From: the human T2T-CHM13v2.0 reference genome, Homo sapiens
Length of the DNA stretch: 64,000 nucleotides
NCBI RefSeq assembly: GCF_009914755.1
Contig: NC_060929.1
Direction: 5' to 3' (one strand)
Position 1 is the first letter of the stretch. Every line of letters begins with the position of its first letter. The notes beneath the pieces are model-generated. The model was not told where the DNA came from and did not search any database. It saw only the letters and a list, made by a program, of their open reading frames with translations. The translations under genes were made by a program, and so were the position numbers. Below, one piece after another: positions 1-10,100 of this stretch.

Positions 1-200
<200 letters not shown>

Positions 201-812
201 TTAATTAAATGAAGAATAAATAAATAATATACATTGTTCATTCATTAACATTGAACTCACAGCCAATGGCACTACAGCACTCACGCCTGAATGGAGTTTA
301 TTCAATGCATGTATTTCCTCTGTAAGACACATCACAGACTTCTTGGACTTGTGAATGCTAAGCAGCACTTCAGCACTATGCTTGGGGGTTAATTTAAATG
401 GCAAAACAACCAACAAACAATACAAAAACAGGAAAAGCATGGCATTAAATAGACCACAAAAAGGATACCTGACTATTGTATGAGAGCTGAAAAAGAAGGC
501 AGAATATCATCCTGTTCAAACTCAAATTCTTTTGACACTCTGCGCAAACACATGACTATGAAAGGCTGTGAGTACTGATTTGGGGGTTACAAAAAATAGT
601 AGGTGAGTTCACAAATACAAAAGCTGAAAACAAGGAGGATAGACTGTATTTTCGTAGACAATCTAATCTCAGAAGATTTCAATTCAGACAAAAATCATGA
701 GAATTACTGTATTACAAAAGGGCACTAGATAGGGGAAAAAGAGTAAAAATCACAATTAAAACAAAGGTTCAAAATTCTGCAGCAACCATATCCAGTTACA
801 CTTTAATATGTT

Positions 813-1237
813 TGTGGCAGACTACATTATTGTTCCCAACTCATCACCCCTCCCTATATCTAAAACCTTTCCCCAAGACAATGCAGTTCCTCCTGCTAGA
901 GATCAGGTATATTTATCTATACTATCAATGTTAGCCATGGACAAGGTATGTGCTTTGGCTGACTGAATGTTAGTGGACATGATAGAAGCAATGGCTTAAA
1001 ATGTACTTCCAGAACTGGAGTTTCCTTGTGATTCTATCACTGTGACAAAAACACATTCTCAGGTAGTCCACTGATCCAAGGGGGAACAAACACACAGAAA
1101 ACATACCTAGACTCTATCTGCAGCTCGCAGCCTCACCAAGCCAGGAACAGTCAACTCACAGATATGTTAGCAAAAATAAATGTTTTTCGTACCTTAAGTT
1201 TTATATAATTATTGACCTATAGTTAACTGATATACAA
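813..1237 (+). mobile_element. Old MaLR LTR, MLT1-like (repeated in each unit)
   Basis: Starts tgtggcaga and ends ...taactgatatac; contains MLT1-type motifs (tgctttggctgactgaatgt, aataaatgtttt). Subfamily uncertain. Confidence 0.5.
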
Positions 1238-1312
1238 TATACATTAATCTTAAAATATCATTATCCCATTAAAAATATTTACATTAAAAACTGAGACCAC
1301 TTTCTTTCCTCC

Positions 1313-1344
<32 letters not shown>

Positions 1345-1505
1345 AGACAGGGTGTCTCAATGTTGCCCAAGCTGGAGTTCAGTGGCTAGTGGCTATTCAC
1401 AAGAACGATCATCGCACACTACCTCAAACTCCTGGGATCAAGCAATCCTCCTGCCTCAGCTTTCCAAGTCGCTGGGACAATAAGTGTGTACCACAGCATG
1501 TCAGC
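1313..1505 (-). mobile_element. Fossil Alu monomer (FAM-like)
   Basis: PolyT followed by an antisense monomer carrying the 7SL-type segment ggctattcacaagaacgatcatcgcacact. Confidence 0.7.
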
Positions 1506-1776
1506 TCTCTCTCTCCTTCTTGACCTAAAGCCTAGCATAAAATTAGCTAAGTAGAATGTTTCCAAAGATGCCTGCATCAGTATCTCCCATCCCACATAAT
1601 TTCTGTTTGATTTTGCCATTCACCCATAAAATGGTGGGATCTACCTCCCCTCCTTGCAAATTTGAGCTGGCCCTCTGATCCTGTCTAAGATCTGAAGCCA
1701 GATATTAAGGTACTTCATTAATTTCCATGTTTGTCCTCTATGCAACCTAGCAATCAAGCCAGAAGTCAAAACATAC

Positions 1777-3890
1777 TGACATAGTTTGGATGGGTCCCCA
1801 CCCAAATCTCACCTTGCATTGGAATAATTCCCACGTGTCAAGGGTGGGGCCAGGTGCAGATAACTGAATCATGGGGATGGTTCCCCCCATACTGTTCTCG
1901 TGGTAGTGACTAAGTCTCATGAGATCTGATGGTTTTATAAATGGGAGCTCCCCTGCACATGCTCTCTCCTGCCTTGCCACTATGTGAGACATGCTTTTGC
2001 ACCTCCTTGCCTTCCACCATGATTGTGAGGCCTCCCCAGCCATGCAGAACTGTGAGTCAATTCAACCTCTTTCCTTTATAAATTACCCAGTCTCAGGTAT
2101 GTCTTTATTTGCAGTGTGAGAACAGACTAATACAATAAGTTGATACCAGTAGAGTGGGCTGCTGCTGTAAAGATACCCGAAAATGTGGAAGCAACTTTGG
2201 AAATGGGTAACAGGGAGAGGCTGGAACAGTTTGGAAGGCTCAGAAGAGGATAGGAAAATGTGGGAAAGTTTGGAACTTCCTAGAGACTTGTTGAATGGCT
2301 TTGACCAAAATGTTAATAGTGATATGGACAATAAGGTCCAGGCGGAGGTGGTCTCAGAGGGAGATGAGGAATTTGTTGGGAAATGGAGTAAAGTCACTCT
2401 TACTATGCAAAGACACTGCAGGCACTGTGCACCTGTATTAGAAACGGGCATAAGATAGGCGGGAAAGAGTCAAAATAAGAATTTTTTTCTAGAGTTCCCT
2501 AGAGATCTGTGGAACTTTGAACTTGAGAGAGATGATTTAAGGTATCTGACAGAAGAAATTTCTAAGCAGCAAAGCATTCGAGAAGAAGCAGAGCATAAAA
2601 GTTCAGAAAATTTGTAGCCTGATGATGCAACAGAAAAGAAAAATCTATTTTCTCAGGAGACTGGGTTGTAGAAATTTGCATAAGTAATGAGGAGCCAAAT
2701 GTTAATCACCAAGACAATGGGGCAAATGTCTCCAGGGCATGTTAGAGACCCTCACAGCAGACCCTCCCATCACAGGCCAGGAGGCTTAGAAGGAAAAATG
2801 CTCTTGTGAGTCCGGAACCCCCTGCTGTGTGCAGCCTAGGAACCTGGTGCCCTGCATCCCAGCTGCTCCTGCCACAGGTAAAAGGGGCCAAGGTACACCT
2901 CAGGCCATGGCTTCAGAGGGTGCAAGTTCCAAGCCTTTCAGGTTCTAGGTGGTGTTAAGCCTGCAGATGCACCGAAGAATTAACGTTCATGAACCTCCGC
3001 CTAGATTTCAGAAGATGTATGAAAATGCCTGGAAATCCAGGCAAAAGTTTGCTGTGCACGGGAGCGGGGGGTCCTCATGGATAACCTCTGCTAGGGCAGT
3101 GTCAAAGGGAAATATGGGGTTGGAGCCCCCACACAGAGTCCCCACTGGGGTACTGCCAAGCAGAGCTGTCACAAAGGGGCCACCATCCTCCAGACCCCAG
3201 AATGGTAGATCCACTGACAGCTTGCACTGTGTGCCTGGAAAAGCTGCAGACACTCAATGCAGCCAGAAGGGGGGGCCGTACCCTGCAAAGCCACAGGGGC
3301 GGGGCTGCCCAAGACCCTGGGAACCCACTTCTTGCATCACCTAGATGTGACACATGGAGTCAAAGGAGGTCATTTTGGAGCTCTAAGATTTGCCTGCTGG
3401 GTTTTGGACTTGCATGGGGCCTGTAGCTCTTTCGCTTTGGCCAATTTCTCCCATTTGAAACGAGTGTATTTACCCAATGCCTGTATCCCTGTGTATCTAG
3501 AAAATAACTAACTTGCTTTTGGTTTTACAGGCTCACAGGTGGAAGGGACTTGCCTTGTCTCAGATGAGACTTTGGACTATGGAATTTTGAGTTAATGCTG
3601 AAATAAGAGTTTGGGGGACTTAGGGGAAGGCACGATTGCTTTTGAAATATGAGGACATGAGATTTGGGAGGGGCCGGGGAAGAATTATATGGTTTGGCTC
3701 TGTCCCCACCCAAATCTCATCTTGAATTGTAACAATTCCCATGTGTCAAGGGTGGGGCCAGGTGGAGATAACTGAATCATGGAGGCAGTTTCCCCCATGC
3801 TGTTCTCATGGTAGTGAATAAGTCTCATGAGGTCTGATGGTTTTATAAATGGATGTTCCCCTGCACATGCTCTCTCCTGCCCACCATGTC
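1777..3890 (+). mobile_element. THE1 (ERVL-MaLR) element: 5' LTR 1777-2134, internal region 2135-3684, 3' LTR 3685-~3890 (3'-truncated)
   Basis: The 5' LTR runs tgacatagtttgg...ccccacccaaatctc to acagactaataca. The internal region starts with typical THE1-int sequence (aagatacccgaaaatgtggaagcaactttggaa). The second LTR is colinear with the first until ctcctgcccaccatgt. Confidence 0.92.
3769..3849 (+). promoter_or_regulatory. Candidate LTR promoter: DUX4-type motif TAACTGAATCA (3769-3779) and TATAAA (3844-3849)
   Basis: The motif fits TAAYBBAATCA and also occurs in the 5' LTR at 1861-1871. Activity is not demonstrable from sequence. Confidence 0.45.
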
Positions 3891-4132
3891 TGACTAAATT
3901 TTGTATTTTTACTAGAGACGGGGTTTCACTATGTTGGCCAGGCTGGCCTCCAACTCCTGATCTCGTGATCCGTCCACCCCGACCTCCCAAAGTGCTAGGA
4001 TTATAGGCATAAGCCACCACACCCGGCCTCTTTTTTTTCTTTTTCTTTTTTTTATCTGGAGACTGAGTTTTGCACTCGTTGCCCAGGCTGGAGTGCAATG
4101 GTGCGATCTCAGCTCACTGCAGTCTCCACCTC
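3882..4132 (-). mobile_element. Two truncated antisense Alu pieces (left arm ~3882-4028; tail plus part of right arm ~4030-4132)
   Basis: ttgtatttttactagagacggggtttcac...acccggcc, then polyT and gcccaggctggagtgcaatggtgcgatctcagctcactgca, ending abruptly. Confidence 0.88.
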
Positions 4133-4980
4133 AGCAGGAGAGCAGGAATCTTCAGTGATCCACGGGCAGATCTGCAGCCATTGTGGGCACCTGTTCCTCC
4201 CGCGACCTTTGTGCCCACGTCTCTCCCTCCAGTACCTATTGCACGACCCCCCACGTCCGCCTCCTGCCATTGCCAGCAAGTGCCTTGCGCGGGTACCTGG
4301 CTGCGCTTATTAATCCATTATGGTCGCTCTGTCACTGGTGCCATTATGTGCTCACGTGCCCACTCCCTCAGGTTTAGAAGTCGCGTCGCCCGGCAACAGA
4401 ACAATCTGCTGGCTTAGCCTTTGGCCAAGTTGGCAGCTGGACGAGGACGCTCAGAGCCCAGCTCTCGAGAGTTCAAGTATCCGACAGTTCCCCACTGCTC
4501 CCAGGAGCGGTTACCCGGGCACTCTGTGCCCCTCATTCCTGTTTGGGCCAAGGCCGAGGACCTGCGAGTAGGGCTCAGTTGCCTGGAGCCCCTTCAGCCC
4601 ATCGCCCAGTTCACTTTGCTTGTGGGATCTCCCCGTTGCTCCTGCCCCTGGACTGAGTGGCAGGCCATCCTACAAACACCCGGACACTCGACATCAGTGG
4701 TGTCAAGACAACTCTAAGAAGGTTTTCCGTGATCCTGCAAGACCTGTGTTCCATCCTGGTGATTCTCTCTTCAATTTCACTGCACAGGTACCACAGTAAG
4801 CCAGTGCTGTGTGCTCCGAATTCCAGGGCATCCCCCAGCTCAGCCACTACACTCAGCACAAGGACTCTGTGGGGCCCAGGAGCAGGTAGTCACCCCTTTG
4901 GGCTCCTCAACACCCGGCTGTCCCCAGACTTGTGTCCAGGGAAGATAGTGTTGAGGGCCCTCAAGGAGAGCAGGGCAGGG

Positions 4981-7900
4981 ATGCCTGAGCAGGACAAGGA
5001 CCCCAGAGTCCAAGAAAATCCTGATGATCACAGAACGGTCCCCGAGGTCACCGGGGATGCACGGTCTGCATTTTGGCCCCTGCGGGACAATGGAGGCCTC
5101 TCTCCCTTTGTGCCCAGGCCCGGGCCTCTGCAGACAGACCTCCATGCCCAGAGCTCAGAAATCAGATATAACCAGACATCCCAGACATCCTGGACGAGCT
5201 CGAGCACCAAACGAAATGCTATCTCCAGCTCCTACAGCTCCACGGGAGGCTTGCCGGGGCTAAAGCAGAGGAGGGGACCAGCCTCATCCCGCTGCCAGCT
5301 GACCCTCAGTTACTCAAAGACAGTGAGTGAGGACAGGCCTCAGGCTGTCTCTTCGGGTCACACACGGTGTGAAAAGGCGGCAGATACAGCACCAGGGCAG
5401 ACACTCGCCCCCAGGGGTGGCTCCCCCAGATCCCAGGCCTCTAGGCCCCGTAGACGCAAGATTCCCCTGCTGCCAAGCAGGCGAGGGGAGCCTTTGATGA
5501 TGCCACCTCCCTTAGAGCTGGGGTACCGGGTCACGGCTGAAGACCTGCACCTGGAAAAACAGGCGGCATTCCAGCGCATCAACAGTGCACTGCACGTTGA
5601 GGACAAGGCCATCTCGGACTGCAGACCCTCACGGCCTTCCCACACTTTGTCCTCACTTGCAACAGGGGCTTCGGGTGGGCCTCCCGTTTCTAAAGCACCC
5701 ACTATGGATGCACAGCAGGACAGACCCAAGTCCCAAGACTGCCTGGGCCTAGTGGCCCCCCTAGCATCTGCTGCAGAGGTCTCCTCTACAGCTCCCGTGT
5801 CTGGGAAGAAGCAGAGACCACCAGGACCCCTGTTCTCCTCCTCAGATCCCCTTCCTGCCACCTCTTCCCACTCCCGGGACTCAGCCCAGGTCACCTCGAT
5901 GATTCCTGCCCCCTTCACAGCTGCAAGCAGGGATGCCGGCATGAGAAGAACAAGGTCGGCCCCTGCAGCTGCCGCAGCAGCCCCTCCCCCCTCCACATTG
6001 AACCCCACGTCGGGGTCACTACTCAATGCAGTGGATGGAGGCCCCTCACATTTCTTGGCCTCAGCCACAGCTGCAGCACGTGCCCAGAGGTCAGAAGTGA
6101 GATACAACCAGAGATCCCAGATCTCCCGGACCAGATCCTGCCTCAAACGAAATGCCAGCTCCAGCTCCCACAGCTCTACGGAAGGCCTCCCGGAACTAAA
6201 GCGGAGGAGGGGGCCAGCCTCATCCCACTGCCAGCTGGCCCACAGTTCCTCAAAGACAGTGAGTGAGGACGGACCTCAGGCTGTCTCTTCGGGTCACACC
6301 CGCTGTGAAAAGAGGGCAGATACAGCACCAGGGCAGACACTCGCCCCCAGGGGTGGCTCCCCCAGATCCCAGGCCTCTAGGCCCCACATCAACAGTGCAC
6401 TGCACGTTGAGGACAAGGCCATCTCGGACTGCCGACCCTCGCGGCCTTCCCACACTTTGTCCTCACTTGCAACAGGGGCTTCGCGTGGGCCTCCCGTTTC
6501 TAAAGCACCCACTATGGATGCACAGCAGGACAGACCCAAGTCCCAAGACTGCCTGGGCCTACTGGCCCCCCTAGCATCTGCTGCAGAGCTCCCCTCTACA
6601 GCTCCCGTGTCTGGGAAGAAACACAGACCACCAGGACCCCTGTTCTCCTCCTCAGATCCCCTTCCTGCCACCTCTTCCCACTCCCGGGACTCAGCCCAGG
6701 TCACCTCGATGATTCCTGCCCCCTTCACAGCTGCAAGCAGGGATGCCGGCATGAGAAGAACAAGGTCGGCTCCTGCAGCTGCCGCAGCAGCCCCTCCCCC
6801 CTCCACATTGAACCCCACGTCGGGGTCACTACTCAATGCAGTGGATGGAGGCCCCTCACATTTCTTGGCCTCAGCCACAGCTGCAGCACGTGCCCGGAGG
6901 TCACAAGTGAGATATAACCAGAGATCCCAGACCTCCCGAACCAGATACTGCCTCAAACGAAATGCCAGCTCCAGCTCCCACAGCTCTACGGAAGGCCTCC
7001 AGGAACTAAAGCGGAGGAGGGGGCCAGCCTCATCACACTGCCAGCTGGCCCTCAGTTCCTCAAACACAGTGAGTGAGGACGGACCTCAGGCTGTCTCTTC
7101 GCGTCACACCCGCTGTGAAAAGGCAGATACAGCACCAGGGCAGACACTCGCCCCCAGGGGTGGCTCCCCCAGATCCCAGGCCTCTAGGCCCCGCATCAAC
7201 AGTGCACTGCACGTTGAGGACAAGGCCACCTCGGACTGCAGACCCTCACGGCCTTCCCACACTTTGTCCTCACTTGCAACAGGGGCTTCGGGTGGGCCTC
7301 CCGTTTCTAAAGCACCCACTATGGATGCACAGCCGGACAAACTCAAGTCCCAAGACTGCCTGGGCCTAGTGGCCGCCCTAGCATCTGCTACAGAGGTCTC
7401 CTCTACAGCTCCCATGTCTGGGAAGAAGCACAGACCACCAGGACCCCTGTTCTCCTCCTCAGATCCCCTTCCTGCCACCTCTTCCCACTCCCAGGACTCA
7501 GCCCAGGTCACCTCGATGATTCCTGCCCCCTTCACAGCTGCAAGCAGGGATGCCGGCATGAGAAGAACAAGGCCTGGCACCTCGGCTCCTGCAGCTGCCG
7601 CAGCAGCCCCTCCCCCCTCCACATTGAACCCCACGTCGGGGTCACTACTCAATGCAGTGGATGAAGGCCCCTCACATTTCTTGGCCTCAGCCACAGCTGC
7701 AGCACGTGCCCGGAGGTCACAAGTGAGATATAACCAGAGATCCCAGACCTCCCGGACCAGATCCTGCCTCAAACGAAATGCCAGCTCCAGCTCCCACAGC
7801 TCTACGGAAGGCCTCCAGGAACTAAAGCGGAGGAGGGGGCCAGCCTCATCCCACTGCCAGCTGGCCCTCAGTTCCTCAAACACAGTGAGTGAGGACGGAC

Positions 7901-8478
7901 CTCAGGCTGTCTCTTCGCGTGACACCCGCTGTGAAAAGGCAGATACAGCACCAGGGCAGACACTCGCCCCCAGGGGTGGCTCCCCCAGATCCCAGGCCTC
8001 TAGGCCCCGCATCAACAGTGCACTGCACGTTGAGGACAAGGCCATCTCGGACTGCAGACCCTCACGGCCTTCCCACACTTTGTCCTCACTTGCAACAGGG
8101 GCTTCGGGTGGGCCTCCCGTTTCTAAAGCACCCACTATGGATGCACAGCAGGACAGACCCAAGTCCCAAGACTGCCTGGGCCTAGTGGCCCCCCTAGCAT
8201 CTGCTGCAGAGGTCTCCTCTACAGCTCCCGTGTCTGGGAAGAAGCACAGACCACCAGGACCCCTGTTCTCCTCCTCAGATCCCCTTCCGGCCACCTCTTC
8301 CCACTCCGGGGACTCAGCCCAGGACACCTCGCTGATTCCTGCCCCCTTCACACCTGCAAGCAGGGATGCCGGCGTGAGAAGAATGTTTTGTGTTCGAAAT
8401 TGTTTGAGGGGTTTGGGTTTATTTTTGTTGGTTTTTTCTCTTTTTTTTTTGCTTACATGGGCATCCTTCAGCTTTTAA
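4981..8478 (+). CDS. POM121-like protein 1-like ORF, 1165 aa, intronless POM121 retrocopy derivative (copy 1); frame is open from 4657 (GTG)
   Basis: POM121-family motifs: SAFWPLRDNGGLSPFVPRPGPL, RNAISSSYSSTGG and KIPLLPSRRGEPLMMPPPLELGYRVTAEDLHLEK. No introns, no stop for 3.8 kb, ATG with G at -3, TAATAA stop, AATAAA at 8543. Translation is unproven and the locus may be annotated as a pseudogene. Confidence 0.75.
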   Translation: MPEQDKDPRVQENPDDHRTVPEVTGDARSAFWPLRDNGGLSPFVPRPGPLQTDLHAQSSEIRYNQTSQTSWTSSSTKRNAISSSYSSTGGLPGLKQRRGPASSRCQLTLSYSKTVSEDRPQAVSSGHTRCEKAADTAPGQTLAPRGGSPRSQASRPRRRKIPLLPSRRGEPLMMPPPLELGYRVTAEDLHLEKQAAFQRINSALHVEDKAISDCRPSRPSHTLSSLATGASGGPPVSKAPTMDAQQDRPKSQDCLGLVAPLASAAEVSSTAPVSGKKQRPPGPLFSSSDPLPATSSHSRDSAQVTSMIPAPFTAASRDAGMRRTRSAPAAAAAAPPPSTLNPTSGSLLNAVDGGPSHFLASATAAARAQRSEVRYNQRSQISRTRSCLKRNASSSSHSSTEGLPELKRRRGPASSHCQLAHSSSKTVSEDGPQAVSSGHTRCEKRADTAPGQTLAPRGGSPRSQASRPHINSALHVEDKAISDCRPSRPSHTLSSLATGASRGPPVSKAPTMDAQQDRPKSQDCLGLLAPLASAAELPSTAPVSGKKHRPPGPLFSSSDPLPATSSHSRDSAQVTSMIPAPFTAASRDAGMRRTRSAPAAAAAAPPPSTLNPTSGSLLNAVDGGPSHFLASATAAARARRSQVRYNQRSQTSRTRYCLKRNASSSSHSSTEGLQELKRRRGPASSHCQLALSSSNTVSEDGPQAVSSRHTRCEKADTAPGQTLAPRGGSPRSQASRPRINSALHVEDKATSDCRPSRPSHTLSSLATGASGGPPVSKAPTMDAQPDKLKSQDCLGLVAALASATEVSSTAPMSGKKHRPPGPLFSSSDPLPATSSHSQDSAQVTSMIPAPFTAASRDAGMRRTRPGTSAPAAAAAAPPPSTLNPTSGSLLNAVDEGPSHFLASATAAARARRSQVRYNQRSQTSRTRSCLKRNASSSSHSSTEGLQELKRRRGPASSHCQLALSSSNTVSEDGPQAVSSRDTRCEKADTAPGQTLAPRGGSPRSQASRPRINSALHVEDKAISDCRPSRPSHTLSSLATGASGGPPVSKAPTMDAQQDRPKSQDCLGLVAPLASAAEVSSTAPVSGKKHRPPGPLFSSSDPLPATSSHSGDSAQDTSLIPAPFTPASRDAGVRRMFCVRNCLRGLGLFLLVFSLFFLLTWASFSF
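5155..8383 (+). repeat. Coding tandem repeat of ~810 bp (~270 aa), 4 copies with the last incomplete
   Basis: INSALHVEDKA codons start at 5578, 6388, 7195 and 8011 (spacings 810, 807 and 816 bp). Confidence 0.95.
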
Positions 8479-8542
8479 TAATCTGAAAAACTCTATTTAC
8501 CCATTGTCAATGTGTATAAATTAATCTGAGTCAATTTTATAC

Positions 8543-8548
8543 AATAAA
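8543..8548 (+). terminator. Candidate polyadenylation signal for the POM121L ORF
   Basis: AATAAA ~65 nt after the stop codon, present in all three units. The region is AT-rich, so a chance match is possible. Confidence 0.4.
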
Positions 8549-9543
8549 AGGTGAACTTTTATGCATGAAACAATAATTTAACAAAAAATGTACCTGAAGA
8601 AGAATGTTCATTACAAATACAGGAAACATAAATATTACCAAATATTGGCAAGCACTAAAATGTTCAGAAATATAAGTCTATTACAGTTATAGCTCTCTCA
8701 AGCAAAAAAACAGCAGAGAAAAACTTAGTTTACCTTAGGGGCTATTTATTTACTTAGGGATTTGTTAAAAGGTCGAATGGGGTCACACAGAATACTAAGA
8801 AGAGCTGTTCACCCAGGCCTCACTAAGAACTCTTCTTCATTCAGTAGCTGTATAGTAACATGACAACTGCTCCTACGACCCAAAGAGGAACTACAGCAAC
8901 TACTCTTTAGCATCTGTTGCTCCCAACTCTGCTTTGCAATTATATGACTCAAGCATTCTGGCTCCGTTAACTATTACTGCTGTTACTCCCAATTAAATTC
9001 CCTCTAAAAAATAAAAATTTTTAAAGCTCTAATTTAAGCTCTCTGCTGCCTCATGACTTCAATTCCATCAGAGTTATGCATTGTTTCCTCTGTACATCTT
9101 TGCTCTGCTTCCATTGCTAATTCCCTAGTAAAGTGTTGTATATTCAAAGTTCCAAAGAAACAGAATATCCAAGACATCACCAATCATCCAAAACACAGTG
9201 TAGGAGGCCACAGTTAAGAGAAGCAAGACCATTAGCTCTTTTTATAGGCTCGAGAACAACAGGATGCTTTGGTCCTGTATCAGCAGGACGCTTTTCGGGT
9301 AGATCCTACTGCCACCCTAGCTATGGGCACATGTCAGAGTCCCATGTAATAAAGGAGACAAAAGGAAACCACCACGAGTATAAACTAAGAAAAGTACTCC
9401 AAGGTTTCTAAGAATGGAGCTGTATAACTCACTTTGCCCCATTTGTTACTTCTCCACGGTACTTACCACCACCTATTACATATATTTTGTTTATAGTCAG
9501 TCTTCCCTCATTACAATGAAAGTTCCGTGAGGATAGGAATATA

Positions 9544-9845
9544 CAGTCAGCCCTCAGTATCCATGGAGGACTAGTTTCAGGATCTCCTGAGGATAACAAA
9601 GGATACTCAAGTCCCTGATATAAAATGACATAGTATTTGCACATCACCTTTGCACATCCTCCCATATACTTCATATCAACTCTAGATCACTCATAATATC
9701 CGATGTAAATGTCATGCAAATAGTTATTGTACTATATTGTGTAAGGAATAAGGACAAGAAAAAAGTCTGTACACGTTCAGTACAGACGCAATTTTTTTTT
9801 CCAATATTTCCAATCTTTGGTTGGCTTAACAGATGTAGAACCCAG
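9544..9845 (+). mobile_element. MER2 (TcMar-Tigger) DNA transposon fossil
   Basis: ta-cagtcagccctcagtatcc...ctcaagtccctgatataaaatg...gttcagtacagacgca matches the MER2 consensus. Confidence 0.8.
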
Positions 9846-10100
9846 GAATAAGTTCTGGTGTCCTATTGCATAGTAGGATGAGTATAGTTAACAATAACAT
9901 ATTATGTATTTGAAAATAGCCAGAAGAGTAGATTTTGAATTTTCTCCCTACAGAAAAATCATTATGCAAATTACCCTGATTTGATCATTACACATTGAGT
10001 ACATGTATTAAAACATCACATTGTACCCCATATATATGTACAATTATTATGTGTCCATAAAAATTTAATGTCAATATGTGAAATAAAATGAAAAAATAAA
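9846..10100 (+). mobile_element. L1MA-type 3' end fragment
   Basis: aataagttctggtg...ttaccctgatttgatcattacacatt...acatcacattgtacccc followed by an A-rich tail. Confidence 0.75.

Noticed and set aside
201-440. 79-aa ORF with a hydrophobic start
   Set aside because: Lies inside a Tigger-type transposon fossil and the adjacent Alu tail.
2083-3713. ORFs of 60-130 aa in the THE1 internal region
   Set aside because: Fragments of decayed MaLR internal sequence; no intact retroviral gene.
5358-8351. Long antisense ORFs (262, 257, 259 and 149 aa) over the POM121L repeats
   Set aside because: Shadow frames of a GC-rich repeated coding sequence, broken once per repeat, with no recognisable homology.
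8728-9411. Possible extra - strand exon (donor AAG|GTAAAC near 8734) and the 92-aa + strand ORF at 9133
   Set aside because: No convincing acceptor or homology, and the ORF starts at GTG. Not supportable without transcript data, though such an exon would matter for the concatemer hypothesis.
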